NCBI GenBank assembly: GCA_965243135.1
Contig: OZ251539.1
Location: 3,584,001-3,648,000, forward strand
Reading direction: 5' to 3'
From: Alphaproteobacteria bacterium
Lineage (GTDB): Bacteria; Pseudomonadota; Alphaproteobacteria; MPNO01; UBA830
Length of the DNA stretch: 64,000 nucleotides
How positions within the stretch are numbered: position 1 is the first letter of the stretch; each line of letters opens with the position of its first letter. Both the position numbers and the translations under genes were made by a program. The notes beneath the pieces are model-generated. The model saw nothing but the letters and a program-made list of their open reading frames with translations. It did not search any database and was not told where the DNA came from. Below are positions 10,912 to 20,922 of the stretch, in pieces.

Positions 10912-11040
10912 ATGAACAAGGAGAACATCCGCGAGATTGCCGAGGCAGCATTCAAGGCGCGCTTCGGCGACGTCAAGGTCGTCAGGATCAACGTAAAGCC
11001 CCGCTTCGACAACGACCCCGTGGTGGACGTGAACATCATC
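10912..11040 (+). pseudogene. truncated partner (antitoxin-like) of the HEPN-like gene
   Basis: MNKENIREIAEAAFKARFGDVKVVRINVKPRFDNDPVVDVNII reads as coding, then the signal is lost. Confidence 0.45.
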
Positions 11041-11359
11041 GAAAATCCCGGCGTGGAGAATTCGCAGTTTTCCGTACCTGAGGAAAGAAATTTCGCGCCC
11101 CCGAAAGCTGTCCGTATTTCAAGACATCAGGAAAACCGCAAGAGTCCCTGCAAGGTTTTCGGAAGACTTTCCACCGCTCGGAACCGAACGTCGAGATCCG
11201 AGGCATGTAGCCGGAGGCGGCGGACAGCGAGGAGTCGCCATCAACAGTCAGGACGGTTTCCGGCAGAGGAAGCCAGACAGGATGCCTCGGCGAAAACGCC
11301 GCCGGCCGTCGGGCAGACCTGAACGATGGCTCGCCCTGTCGGGCGCTCGTCGACCAACA

Positions 11360-11383
11360 GCCGCGACTGCGTTAACCGCCCTG
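11360..11383. mobile_element. possible ISAs1-family terminal repeat relic
   Basis: GACTGCGTTAACCGCCCTG; its reverse complement begins CAGGGCGGTT, resembling ISAs1-type ends (from memory). Confidence 0.35.
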
Positions 11384-11465
11384 ACCTCGGCTCAGCCTCG
11401 GAAAACGAAATTTGCCCGGACCCGAGTGAGCCATGCCGGAAGCCGCTTGCGCCTCTGAGACCGGA

Positions 11466-11818
11466 TCAGGAGCGCTTGTCATTATCGCAGGCATCGGGCA
11501 GCCGGGACTTCAACTTTTCCGCCAGACTGCGCGCACGTTCGGCAATCTCCGGCGGCACTCTCTTCGAGGCGCTTATGGCGATCAAGGCCTGCTCAGCCCG
11601 ACCAACCCTGATGACGCCCGTCGCGAATGCTGTGCGCAACTTGCACGTGGTGTATTTTGGCTCCCTCCATCTCAACTCTTCGGCCACTTCGTCGCGGGAC
11701 AAGGACAAATTGGCGAACAGATCGAAATGCGTCACGAAGCACGCCTTGCCAATCGATCTCAAATCGCTTTCCAGCTTATCGCCGGTCATTGAAGAATTCT
11801 TCGCCATTTCGTTTCTCC
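11466..11818 (-). CDS. hypothetical protein
   Basis: 3' part of the 242-aa ORF (MAKNSSMTGDKLESDLRSIGKACFVTHFDLF...) looks globular; start uncertain. Confidence 0.4.
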
Positions 11819-11981
11819 ATTTGACGGGGTGCATGCCAGACGGAAGAAAAATAAAGTCCGCTTGGCGAAGTTCAAGGGATGGATACCCCAAGACGATCCC
11901 GCGCGAATTTTGCGTTGCATTCCCGGAGTTCTTCACTGGTTTCCTCCAGATTTCGCGAACCGATCCGGTTACTCCCGGGCC

Positions 11982-12125
11982 ATGGCTTCGAGCGAGACTT
12001 GGGACATGGAGGATTTTTCGGCGGCGAAAGTCCGCCTCGCTCGACCGGACGAGCGGGACGCTCTCGTTCGACGAAACCGTTACCTGGAGTTCAGGTGTTT
12101 CGCCGCTTGCGACACATGTCGTCAT
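11982..12125 (+). pseudogene. N-terminal relic of a DUF4338-type (IS-associated) protein
   Basis: MASSETWDMEDFSAAKVRLARPDERDALVRRNRYLEFRCFA parallels W.EFVARYHYLG of the intact DUF4338 at 17625. Confidence 0.5.
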
Positions 12126-12194
12126 GTGCGCCGTCCGCTGGACCCTCCAGAAGTAGGCCCGCACGCACCGGAAGGATTTCCAGCACCGGACCAA

Positions 12195-12467
12195 CTACAG
12201 GTACTTGATGGCACCGACAATGAAACCTGTCACGACAATCGTCGTCATCCTGGTTTCGAGGCGAGCGACCTCGGCTTTCCTTGGCGAGGGCGTCGACCTT
12301 GCCGTTGAGGCTCGCGAATCCGGTGTTGACCTCGTTGTCGACGCGCAAGATGTCGCCTTTGGTGGCGGTGCCTTCCATCACCGCATGGCGTTCGTTTCCG
12401 TCTGCTTCGGGTCGGCGACCTCCGGGTCGCGCATTGCGTTGAGCTTGTCGAACGTGCTTGCAACCAT
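12195..12467 (-). pseudogene. CCDC90/DUF1640-like coiled-coil membrane protein, frameshifted
   Basis: RBS GGAGG, then MVASTFDKLNAMRD.. / AVMEGTATKGDILRV.. / VARLETRMTTIVVTGFIVGAIKYL* in three frames. Confidence 0.6.
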
Positions 12468-12859
12468 GGTCGCCTCCTGCTTTGCGAGCGGAGCAGGGCA
12501 GGATTGTCGCGGAGCGACAGGTACGCTCGCCCCGTGCTCTTCCCCGCCGCCCGTCCGCCGTCACGGAAACCGCCGACTGCCTGTCGCGTTGAGAAACGCA
12601 GCGGCCTGCAAGCGCTCTTCGGCATGCGACACACATCCCGACTGCCCCAGGCCCAACCGCCACAACGAAACGGTCTCCAGTCAATTCGAAATGCCCCCCT
12701 ATCAACTCCCGGGGCACTGGCCAAATCCTCCGGAAGGCGGAGGAATTTCGCTTGGCGATGGAGAGCGCGTTCGGCGAAGCGGCAAGGAGCATTCCGTCGG
12801 GCGATGGCCTTGGTCCCGAAGAAACGTACGGACAGCGAGGCGGCGCATTTGCGCCGGGC

Positions 12860-13197
12860 GCTGGAGACGGCCGCGAGCGTCGGAGAGAAGCCCCGTGGCC
12901 GCAGGTTGGCCGGGACACGTTCGGGCGGAGCAGCGAGCGCCAACCCCCGGTGCCGGACGGCCCGCCGCGACGGGGCGGCACCGGGGTACGCCGGCCGAAC
13001 GCCACGCCACACCCTGACTTGCCTGTTGTCGAGGAGGGTCAGCCCCAGATCCCTGCGTATCTCAAAGCTGCGGCAAACCATGGGCCTCGAACGGAGGGAA
13101 AGAGACGAATCTCGTCGAGGCACAGGTTCGCGCCTATGTTCGGAGAGCGGAAACGGTTGCGTCCAGCCTGTGATTGCCGGCCGGGAAAGGAAGTCGA
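12860..13197 (+). mobile_element. degenerate IS66 transposase fragment (paralog of 15882)
   Basis: RDTFGRSSER, PDLPVVEE, CGKPWASNG, RLRPACDC match RDLYGRSSER, PDLPVREE, CGKAWVSNG, RLRPACAC of the full copy. Confidence 0.7.
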
Positions 13198-13491
13198 CTG
13201 CCTGGCGGGCGCCGCCGCTATCCTGCTCGTCGGCAGGAGCCGCGAAATAGGCAATAGCGCGCCACCGGGCATGACCTGCGTCCCGAGGAAATCAAGACTG
13301 TTTCGCCGAAGGTCGGAGCGATACCCGATTCTCCGCAACAGGCTATTCACCTCGTAATGCGACCGAGCGGAACTGTCCTTGCACAAGCCTCACGAAATGC
13401 ACAGAATGGACCCTAAGGCCGCCTATTATGTACTCTAATGCCATTTCGTGGTATAGTTTGCCGTCAATGTCGCTTAATGGAGAGAAATCGT

Positions 13492-14862
13492 ATGCTGTTG
13501 CAGATCGGTGCCGCCAACCATCGCTCTATCCGCGATTACCAAGAACTGCTTCTGAGCACGTCCAAGCGTATCAAGGACGAAAGGCTGACCACTCCCGTAC
13601 CGACGCTGAACGAGACAGTGGTGCCCGTCGCCGCCATCTACGGTTCTAATGCGGCGGGAAAATCCAATCTCATCGACGCCATCGACGACATGCGCGATGC
13701 GATTGTTGGGTCTCACGCCTCCCTGGGGCCATCAGACCGCATCCCGCGACAGCCGTTTTTGCTCGACGATTCGAGCGAGACGGCTCCAACGCTGTTCGAA
13801 TGCAGCTTCACCTTGCCTGATCAACTGGTGGACGAACGGAAGCCGGATGAAAGCGTGTACGAATACGGCTTCGAGTTCACCAATACGGAGTTTTGCAAGG
13901 AGTGGCTCCGCCGGACAGTACGCAAGGAAAGACAGAGTACCCGGACGCTGTTCGAGCGGGAAACACGGAATGATCAGGTTCATGTCCATTTTGGAACTGA
14001 ATTGCGGGGTGAAAATAGGACGATCGCCAACGTCACCCGCCGGAACAGCCTCTTCCTTTCGGCCGCGGCACAAAATAACCATCCTCAGCTCACTCGCCTG
14101 TATAAGTATTTTGAGGAAAATTGGGAAATCATTCTGGAGATAGACGCCGCCGATCCTTTCATCGCAGATTATCTTTCCGACTATAATCATATGAATCAGC
14201 TTGTTGAATTAATCAATCAATCTGACCTCGGAATAAAGAATGTCAAGATAGAAAGCGAAAAAATCAAGGATGAAAATTTGGAGTTCTATCGTGATCTAAC
14301 AGAGACAATTTCGAGACATTATCAACGTATTGGAAAATCTCTACCAACCGAATCTTTGCTCCAAAAGATGCGTGATAGCAAAAAAATGAAATTCATCCAC
14401 GCAGCGACTGAAGGCTCAGTTCGCGATTTTGACTACAGTTTGGAGAGTAAGGGAACCCGAACATTGATTTCACTCCTCATTCCGGCTCTAGAAGCACTGT
14501 CGGATGGATCTCTTTTCGTGATCGACGAGTTGGACACTAGCTTGCACCCGGATTTGACCCGGGCTTTCGTATCACTCTTCAGCAAGAGAGAGTCCAACCC
14601 GAATGGCGCGCAACTCATTTTTTCAACCCACGACGTGGCCCTTCTTGGAACCGAGTTGATTAGGCAGGACGAAATCTGGATAACCGACAAAGATCATGAA
14701 GGCGCGTCTACGTTTACCCCGCTGACGGATTTCAAGCTGCGCTCACGGGTAGATTTCGAGAAAGCGTACAGAAACGGGCGTTTCGGAGGAGTGCCTTCTA
14801 CCAATGAATTCCTTTCCTTCGCGGATCAAACGGCGCGACGTACCGAGCGCAATACATCATGA
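13492..14862 (+). CDS. AAA_21/ABC-type ATPase (RloA/AbiLi-like)
   Basis: AIYGSNAAGKSNL (Walker A), ESKGTR signature, VIDELDTSLHP (Walker B/D-loop), QLIFSTHD, YRNGRFGGVP. Confidence 0.9.
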   Translation: MLLQIGAANHRSIRDYQELLLSTSKRIKDERLTTPVPTLNETVVPVAAIYGSNAAGKSNLIDAIDDMRDAIVGSHASLGPSDRIPRQPFLLDDSSETAPTLFECSFTLPDQLVDERKPDESVYEYGFEFTNTEFCKEWLRRTVRKERQSTRTLFERETRNDQVHVHFGTELRGENRTIANVTRRNSLFLSAAAQNNHPQLTRLYKYFEENWEIILEIDAADPFIADYLSDYNHMNQLVELINQSDLGIKNVKIESEKIKDENLEFYRDLTETISRHYQRIGKSLPTESLLQKMRDSKKMKFIHAATEGSVRDFDYSLESKGTRTLISLLIPALEALSDGSLFVIDELDTSLHPDLTRAFVSLFSKRESNPNGAQLIFSTHDVALLGTELIRQDEIWITDKDHEGASTFTPLTDFKLRSRVDFEKAYRNGRFGGVPSTNEFLSFADQTARRTERNTS

Positions 14863-15470
14863 GCCGTCTAAGGCGTCGATACGCCACTCGCACTCCGGTC
14901 GCGCGTATCGTAGTTGTAACCGAAGGAATTTCCACCGAGCCCGGGTACCTCAAAGCATTCTACAGAATTTACGGAAATCGTTCTTCCGCAAAGATAGTAC
15001 CAATTGGCGTAGCAGGCGATCCGCTGTCAGTCGTGAAACGTGCAATCAAAGAAACAACAAAAGTTCGGCACGACCATCTTGGCATGCGGGATTCTGTTTG
15101 GGCTATGTTCGATCAAGACGACCATCCTCATTTTGAAGAAGCGAAAAAGGTGGCGTTGAAATATAAAATTCAGTTCGTCGTCTCGAACCCTTGTTTCGAG
15201 CTTTGGGGTATACTTCATTATCGTTATCATGATGCTCCGGATGACTGCGATAAATGTCAGAGAATTCTGGAGGGGATATGTCAATCTTATGATCGGAGCA
15301 GAGGAAAACTGTTTGCTGACGAGCAGGCGATCAGAGATGGATATTTTAAGGCCGTTAAAAGAGCCAAGAAATTGCTCGGGCGTCGAATTATGCAAAGATG
15401 TCCTGGAGGGAATCCTTCCACGACCATACATGAGTTAACGGAGCATATACGACTCTTCCCGGAAAATTAA
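14859..15470 (+). CDS. RloB (AbiLii-like) domain protein
   Basis: VVTEGISTEPGYL, VWAMFDQD, SNPCFELWGILHY, NPSTTIHEL; ATGA overlap with the ATPase. Confidence 0.9.
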   Translation: MSRLRRRYATRTPVARIVVVTEGISTEPGYLKAFYRIYGNRSSAKIVPIGVAGDPLSVVKRAIKETTKVRHDHLGMRDSVWAMFDQDDHPHFEEAKKVALKYKIQFVVSNPCFELWGILHYRYHDAPDDCDKCQRILEGICQSYDRSRGKLFADEQAIRDGYFKAVKRAKKLLGRRIMQRCPGGNPSTTIHELTEHIRLFPEN

Positions 15471-15881
15471 ACCGCTGATTTGAGTTTGTAGAACAACACG
15501 CCGAGTGCGGTCTCTAAGCAGCCACGTTGAAATGTTGCAAAGAAGTCAGGTAAAGTAGATAATGTCCGGGCAATCGTCCCGTGTCCACACGCCACTACGA
15601 CTCGACCGAACATTGCCGACATGGACGGTCGCGACATGGCACGCCGTAAGCGCGGACGATAGCGCGTAAGCGTTCGCTCGTCAAGTGACGGTTTTTTTGA
15701 GGAGCCGGCTTCGGTTCCGGGTTCGGCCTGACTTCCTTGACCGGGTACGGCGGCGTCGCGCCACGTCTGACAGGTAGCCCGGCAACAGGTTGTGGCGCAG
15801 CGTCTCGCGGGCGGAGCGGCCTGTCCAGCCGGGCAAAATTTTTAGCTGGAAACCGGATTTTAGTTCTTGTATACGAACACC

Positions 15882-17628
15882 ATGGTGTTCGAATCTGCAG
15901 GCGCACTTCTCGGAACCGAGCTGTCGGGCGACGGCCAGACTCCACTTGCGTCGTTGCTCCGGGAGAACGTGGCCCTCCTTCGGGAGAACGCGGCCCTCCT
16001 CCGGGAGATTGCAGGGCGCGACCGGGAGAACGCGGCCCTCCTCCGGCAGATTGGAGAGCGCGACCGGGAGAACGCGGCCCTCCTCCGGCAGATTGGAGAG
16101 CGCGACCGGGAGAACGCGGCCCTCCTCCGGGAGAACGCGGTTCTCGCCCGGGAGATTGGAGAGCGCGACCGGGCGCTGACCAAGGGAACGTCGCTGGCGA
16201 GGCCGGAAGCTGCGGAGAGCGGCGTAGAGAACGTGAAAGCCCGCAACCGCAGGCTCGCCCGGGATCTGTACGGGCGCAGCAGCGAGCGGCCGCCTGTGGC
16301 CTCCGGCGGATGCCGGGGGCGCCGTTCGGGAACGCCGTCGCACGGCCGCACGCCGTTTCCGGACCTGCCCGTCCGCGAGGAGGATTCGGTCCCGGACGAT
16401 CGCAAGTGCAATGACTGCGGCAAGGCCTGGGTCTCGAACGGCTACAACGAGACGTACGTCCTCGAGTACAGGATCGTCCCCTATGTTCGGCATGTTCGGC
16501 GACATCGGCTGCGCCCGGCCTGCGCCTGCGGGCAGGAAAAGGAGGTCGTTGGTCCGGCCCCGGAGCGGGTGTTTCCGAATACCCGATACGGAGTGTCCGT
16601 CTGGGCGTTCGTTCTGGCGGAGAGGTTCGGGCAGCACCGTCCGCTGCGTTCGATCTGCCGTGCGTTGCGCCAGCACGGGCTTCCGGTCGCGCCCGGCACG
16701 CTGGCGGATGCGCAGCGACGCCTGCTGCCGCTGTTCGAGCGGCTCGACGAAGAGATCTCCCGGCATCTGTGGGAAGCTCCGGTCGTCAACGGCGACGAAA
16801 CGGGGTGGCGAATACGGGAGTTGGGCGAGAAAGACGGTGGCAGCGCCCGCGCCTGGGTGTGGATCGCCCGGTCCCACGACGCGACGCGCACCGTCACCGT
16901 CGCGCAGCGCGGAAGCCGCCCGCGAACTGTTCGGAGGCCTCGGCTCGCCCGAGCAAGCGGCTTACCTGGTCTGCGACCGTTACTCCGCTTACCGGAAACT
17001 GGCACGCGCCATGGACGGCGACATCGTTCTTTCATATTGCTGGGTCCATGCCAGGCGAGACTTCGTCAACCTCGAGACCGGCTACCCGAACCTCGCGCCG
17101 TTCGCCCGGAAGTGGGTCGGCCACATCGCGAAACTGTACAGGTTCAACTCCGAGCGTCTGGCGGACCCGAACGACGCGACCGCCCAACGGCGGCTTGCAA
17201 GGTTCGTCAAAGCGTTCTTTGCGGCAGCGAAAAAGGCGCGGGACGCGCTCCCGGAGAGCGCGGCGCAACGCGGCCCTCTGGACTCCCTGATGCGCCACCG
17301 CGACGGTCTGACCGTGTTCGTGGACAACGCGTCCGTTCCCATGGACAACAACGCCGCCGAGCGCGGCCTGCGCGGCATTGCGGTCGGCCGCAAGCTCTCG
17401 TTCGGGTCGCACAGCGTGGACGGAGCGCGGCTGGCCGGCATGCTTTATTCCATCTTCGGCACGCTCGAGATGAACGGCGTCTCGCCTTACCCTTGGCTGT
17501 CCGCCTACCTCGCCGCCTGCGCCCGGCACGGCGGTCCGCCGCCGGAAGGCCCGGCCGCCTGGCTGCCGTGGGGCGCCGACGGAGAGCGCCTCCGTTCCTG
17601 GAGGACCGCTCTCCCCCAGGGACCGTGA
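15882..17628 (+). pseudogene. tnpC: IS66 transposase TnpC, frameshifted near 16895
   Basis: Coiled coil, CNDCG..CAC zinc finger and NGDETGW in frame 1; CDRYSAY, CWVHARRDF, DNNAAERGLR..GRK in frame 2. Confidence 0.88.
15955..16172 (+). repeat. 21/42-bp tandem repeats encoding heptads (RENAALL / RQIGERD)
   Basis: CGGGAGAACGCGGCCCTCCT and AGATTGGAGAGCGCGACCGG units recur in the tnpC 5' region. Confidence 0.9.
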
Positions 17629-18497
17629 ACGTCAGCCCCCGCCGCTACTGCGGGCGCGACTTCTCCGAGGACGAGCTTGGCACGATCCGCGCCTTGATCG
17701 AAAGGGGCGGCCTCACCCGCCGAGCGCTGTCGCAGGAGGTCTGCCGGCTTCTCGACTGGCGCAAGCCCAACGGCGGCCTCAAGGACATGAGCGCGCGCGT
17801 CGCCATGCTGCGCATGCATCGCGACGGCCTGATCGTCCTGCCGCCGCCAAGGCAAACGCCGTCCGTCCGCCGTCCGCCCGTGCCCGGCCCCGCAACCGAC
17901 CAGCCTCCGGTCCCGACTCCCGAACGTCTCGCCGACGTCCAACCCGTCGTTGTCGATCCCTGCCGGAACGCGAGCGAAGGCCGCCTCTGGAACGAGTTCG
18001 TCGCTCGCTATCATTACCTCGGCCACTCGACGCTGCCCGGCGCGCAGATGCGCTACTTCGTCCGGACCGCCGACGGCGAAGCCCTCGCCGTCCTCGGCTT
18101 CGGTGCCGCAGCCTGGAAGATCGCGCCGCGGGACAAGTGCGTGGGATGGGATCCCGAGACCCGCCGCCGCAATCTGCCGCTGGTGGTCAACAACGCCAGA
18201 TTCCTGATCTTGCCATGGGTCCGGATCAGGAACCTCGCGTCCCATGTCCTCACCCTGGTCGAACGGCGGCTGCCCGACGACTGGGAGCACCGCTACGCAT
18301 TGCGTCCGGTCCTGCTCGAAACCTTCTGCGAAACGCCGCGATTCGCAGGAACCTGCTACCGGGCGGCCAACTGGATCAAGGTCGGCGCAACCCAAGGCCG
18401 CGGCAAGCTCGACATCCGGCGCGAACGCGCTCTCCCGGTCAAGGATATCTGGCTGAAGCCCCTGCGGCGGGACTGGAAGCGAATCCTCAAAAAATAG
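17625..18497 (+). CDS. DUF4338 (Druantia DruA-like) protein
   Basis: GTG start overlapping the tnpC stop (GTGA); YCGRDFS, LWNEFVARYHYLG, NNARFLILPWV, LLETFCE..RFAGTCYRAANWIKVG.TQGRGKLD. Confidence 0.88.
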   Translation: MNVSPRRYCGRDFSEDELGTIRALIERGGLTRRALSQEVCRLLDWRKPNGGLKDMSARVAMLRMHRDGLIVLPPPRQTPSVRRPPVPGPATDQPPVPTPERLADVQPVVVDPCRNASEGRLWNEFVARYHYLGHSTLPGAQMRYFVRTADGEALAVLGFGAAAWKIAPRDKCVGWDPETRRRNLPLVVNNARFLILPWVRIRNLASHVLTLVERRLPDDWEHRYALRPVLLETFCETPRFAGTCYRAANWIKVGATQGRGKLDIRRERALPVKDIWLKPLRRDWKRILKK

Positions 18498-18581
18498 ACC
18501 GTCACTCCACGACCGAACGCTTACGATAGCGCTTCGTCGACGCCTCAAGCGGACATCCCGAAACTCGCCGAAGCTTTACCG

Positions 18582-19745
18582 TTATTGCGTTTCGGACAAG
18601 CGCCGACTCGGTACGGTCTTCTTGGGATCAACGAACGGTATTGCGGCGGTTCGGCCTTTAACTCGGCCGGAGGCCGTGCCGATTTCCAACGCATTGCCGG
18701 GGGCCGCCAGCTCGATCGGAACCCAGACGTAGCCGATGTTCTTTTCCAGGCGCGGCGACCAGACGATCGAAGTGACCTTCCCGACCTCTTCGCCGTCGCG
18801 ATACGCAGGGGCGGCGGCCGGCGCCTCCCCGACCTGAGCATCGTTTTCGAGTTCGATACCGACAAGTTTGCGGCTCACTCCCTCAGCCTTGATGCGCATC
18901 AGCGCTTCCTTGCCGATATAGTCCGCGTTCTGCTCCTCTACGAGACGCTCAAGCCCCGCGATCTCGTACGGATTGTTTTCGATATCGAAGTCGGCGCCGT
19001 AACGGAATATCCCGGCCTCGATACGGCGGATCTGCGAGGGAGCTATCGGCCGGATGCGGTAGGGTTCGCCCGCTTCCATGATCCGGTTCCACAATTCATC
19101 GCCCCGGCTGGCGTCGCGAAGATAGATCTCGTATCCCAATTCGGCGCTCCAGCCGGTCCGGCTGATGACGACCGGAATGCCGTCGAGGTCCGTCTCCATG
19201 ATCCAGTAGTAACGAATGCCGAGGACCGCATCGCCGAATAGCTGCGACATCACCTCTTTCGATTTCGGCCCCTGCACTTGAACCGGATAGACTTCCGGTT
19301 CGCGAACCTTGACGTTCAGCCCGCAGCCCACCGCATAGCCGCGTGCCCACAGCCCGGCATCGGAATCGGAAAGCGCGAGCCACCACTGGTTTTCGCCAAG
19401 ACGCAGAAGGACCGGCTCGTTGACGATGCCGCCGTCCTCGGCGGTGATCAGCACGTACTTTCCCTGACCGATCGCGCATTTGGTCAGATCGCGAGGCGTC
19501 AACCTGTTGGTGAACTCCGACGCGTCCGGTCCCGTGATCTCGACGATTCGCTCGACGCTAACGTCCCACAGCGTCACGTCGTTGGTCAGACTGCGGTATT
19601 CCTCGACCGGATCGTCGTAGTAGTCGGGAATGTACATGTGGTTGTAGATCCCCCAGGCTCTGCAGCCGGCGCGGCGCGTGGCCTCGAAGAAAGGGGATTT
19701 TCGATAGCGGGGGCGGAAGTAGAATTCGGCCTTCGTCTCGCTCAT
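18582..19745 (-). CDS. GcvT-family aminomethyltransferase, DmdA (DMSP demethylase)-like
   Basis: RYRKSPFF..GIYNHMYIP, LWDVSVER.VEITGPDA, GGIVNEPVLLRL, SRTGWSAELGYEIY, WSPRLEKNIG. Confidence 0.8.
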   Translation of the reverse strand: MSETKAEFYFRPRYRKSPFFEATRRAGCRAWGIYNHMYIPDYYDDPVEEYRSLTNDVTLWDVSVERIVEITGPDASEFTNRLTPRDLTKCAIGQGKYVLITAEDGGIVNEPVLLRLGENQWWLALSDSDAGLWARGYAVGCGLNVKVREPEVYPVQVQGPKSKEVMSQLFGDAVLGIRYYWIMETDLDGIPVVISRTGWSAELGYEIYLRDASRGDELWNRIMEAGEPYRIRPIAPSQIRRIEAGIFRYGADFDIENNPYEIAGLERLVEEQNADYIGKEALMRIKAEGVSRKLVGIELENDAQVGEAPAAAPAYRDGEEVGKVTSIVWSPRLEKNIGYVWVPIELAAPGNALEIGTASGRVKGRTAAIPFVDPKKTVPSRRLSETQ

Positions 19746-20001
19746 TGTCAGACGCTCCCATTCGCTGTGAACGCGCCACCAAAACGAATTACGCCGCCGG
19801 GAAGTGGGACGGCCGCCAACGCGAGTCTATCGGAGCGGCTTAAAAAATTTATGCGTGATGTCGATTCCTGTGGATAACGCTGGCGAGGGCCATGCCGTCC
19901 CGGAGAGCGGGTGGAGGCCGCCTTCAGGGACAGCTGTTGCGAACGTACCTTATCGCGGAGCTATGGAAGGCGGGTTAGTCCTGCCTGCGCTTCCTGGACC
20001 C

Positions 20002-20027
20002 GTAAGCGTTCGCTACCTTGGGGACGA
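20002..20027 (+). mobile_element. orphan IS66-type terminal repeat
   Basis: GTAAGCGTTCGCTACCTTGGGGACG: first 13 nt identical to the IS left end at 15666, with GACG at the same offset. Confidence 0.6.
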
Positions 20028-20759
20028 AAAAATTTCGTCTGGGGACTGGGCATGCGGTCCTGCTTGAGCTCTTTTGCGAAAGCCCCTTCACGGGTGCGCG
20101 CTGCCGCCCACCCGTCACCAGAACCAGCTTCATGCCCTCGACCGTGCCACCTGCGTCCAGAACGTCGTGCACCGGGGCGCAGCGGCGTTTGACATCCGCC
20201 GTGCCTTAGCGGCTACATATGGCGAGAGGCGTACCAAACTCTCATGATTGGAGCCTGTTCACCCCGTAGCATGTAACTTCGGGTATCGCTGTTCGGGCGT
20301 CGCGGCGTGAAGACAGGACGACACGGGGCAGCCCTCAGCGTCACGCTCCCGAACTCTCGAACGGCGAGCGCCGCCGCGAAAAAATCTTCGATTCGCGGAA
20401 CGGTTTCGTGCAGCCAGCGGCTCGGGATTAGTTCCACAACAAGGAGGCAGGAGCGGTCGAGGGTCTGGATTTGGCACCATGCATCGCTTGGTCACGATGC
20501 TGGATGAGGAGCATCCACCGACATCGAGCTGCAGGTTCCGAGCACCCGATGCCTGGCCTCGGAAAGCTACGCTCGGTGCATCCCAGAAAGGAGATCAGCC
20601 GTATGACCGACTTCGCGTTGGGGCAATCCACCCGCAAGGTTGGCGAGATCTTGTTGGCCTGCCGCCTTCGCACCTTGACTCACCGGCCAACCCGTCCTGA
20701 TATTGCCCCCGTGATGGAGATTGCCGACCGCCCGCACCGCGCGTCAAAGTTGATAGGGA

Positions 20760-20911
20760 TTGGAAAATTGACGGACAAAAAATACCGAGTGATACGTCAA
20801 TTTATAAAACTTCTTGGAAAAGATTCAGATTTTGAGAAATCGATTTCTTGTTCTACCGATATTTCAGCAAGAGTAAGGAAGCAATTCAAGATGATCGACG
20901 AACTGATATAA
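20760..20911 (+). pseudogene. C-terminal remnant of an upstream (DUF262-like) gene
   Basis: AT-rich coding tail FIKLLGKDSDFEKSISCSTDISARVRKQFKMIDELI* ending 11 nt before the ATPase; family assigned from recalled similarity and context. Confidence 0.45.
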
Positions 20912-20922
20912 GGTTGCCTGTG

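Larger units (their letters stand above)
15666..18524 (+). mobile_element. IS66-family element, 2859 bp, tnpC + DUF4338 passenger
   Basis: Left end GTAAGCGTTCGCTCGTCAAGTGACGGT, right end (rc) GTAAGCGTTCGGTCGTGGAGTGACGGT; 8-bp TSD GATAGCGC at 15658-15665 and 18525-18532. Confidence 0.93.

Noticed and set aside
15646-15665. Second GTAAGCG just left of the IS66 (nested IS end)
   Set aside because: Only 7 bp match; could be chance.
15955-16172. CRISPR-like repeats
   Set aside because: No unique spacers; these are in-frame coding heptad repeats and there are no cas genes.
15867-18497. 876-aa transposase-DUF4338 fusion
   Set aside because: Product of the tnpC frameshift. The catalytic C-half is in another frame and DUF4338 has its own GTG start at 17625.
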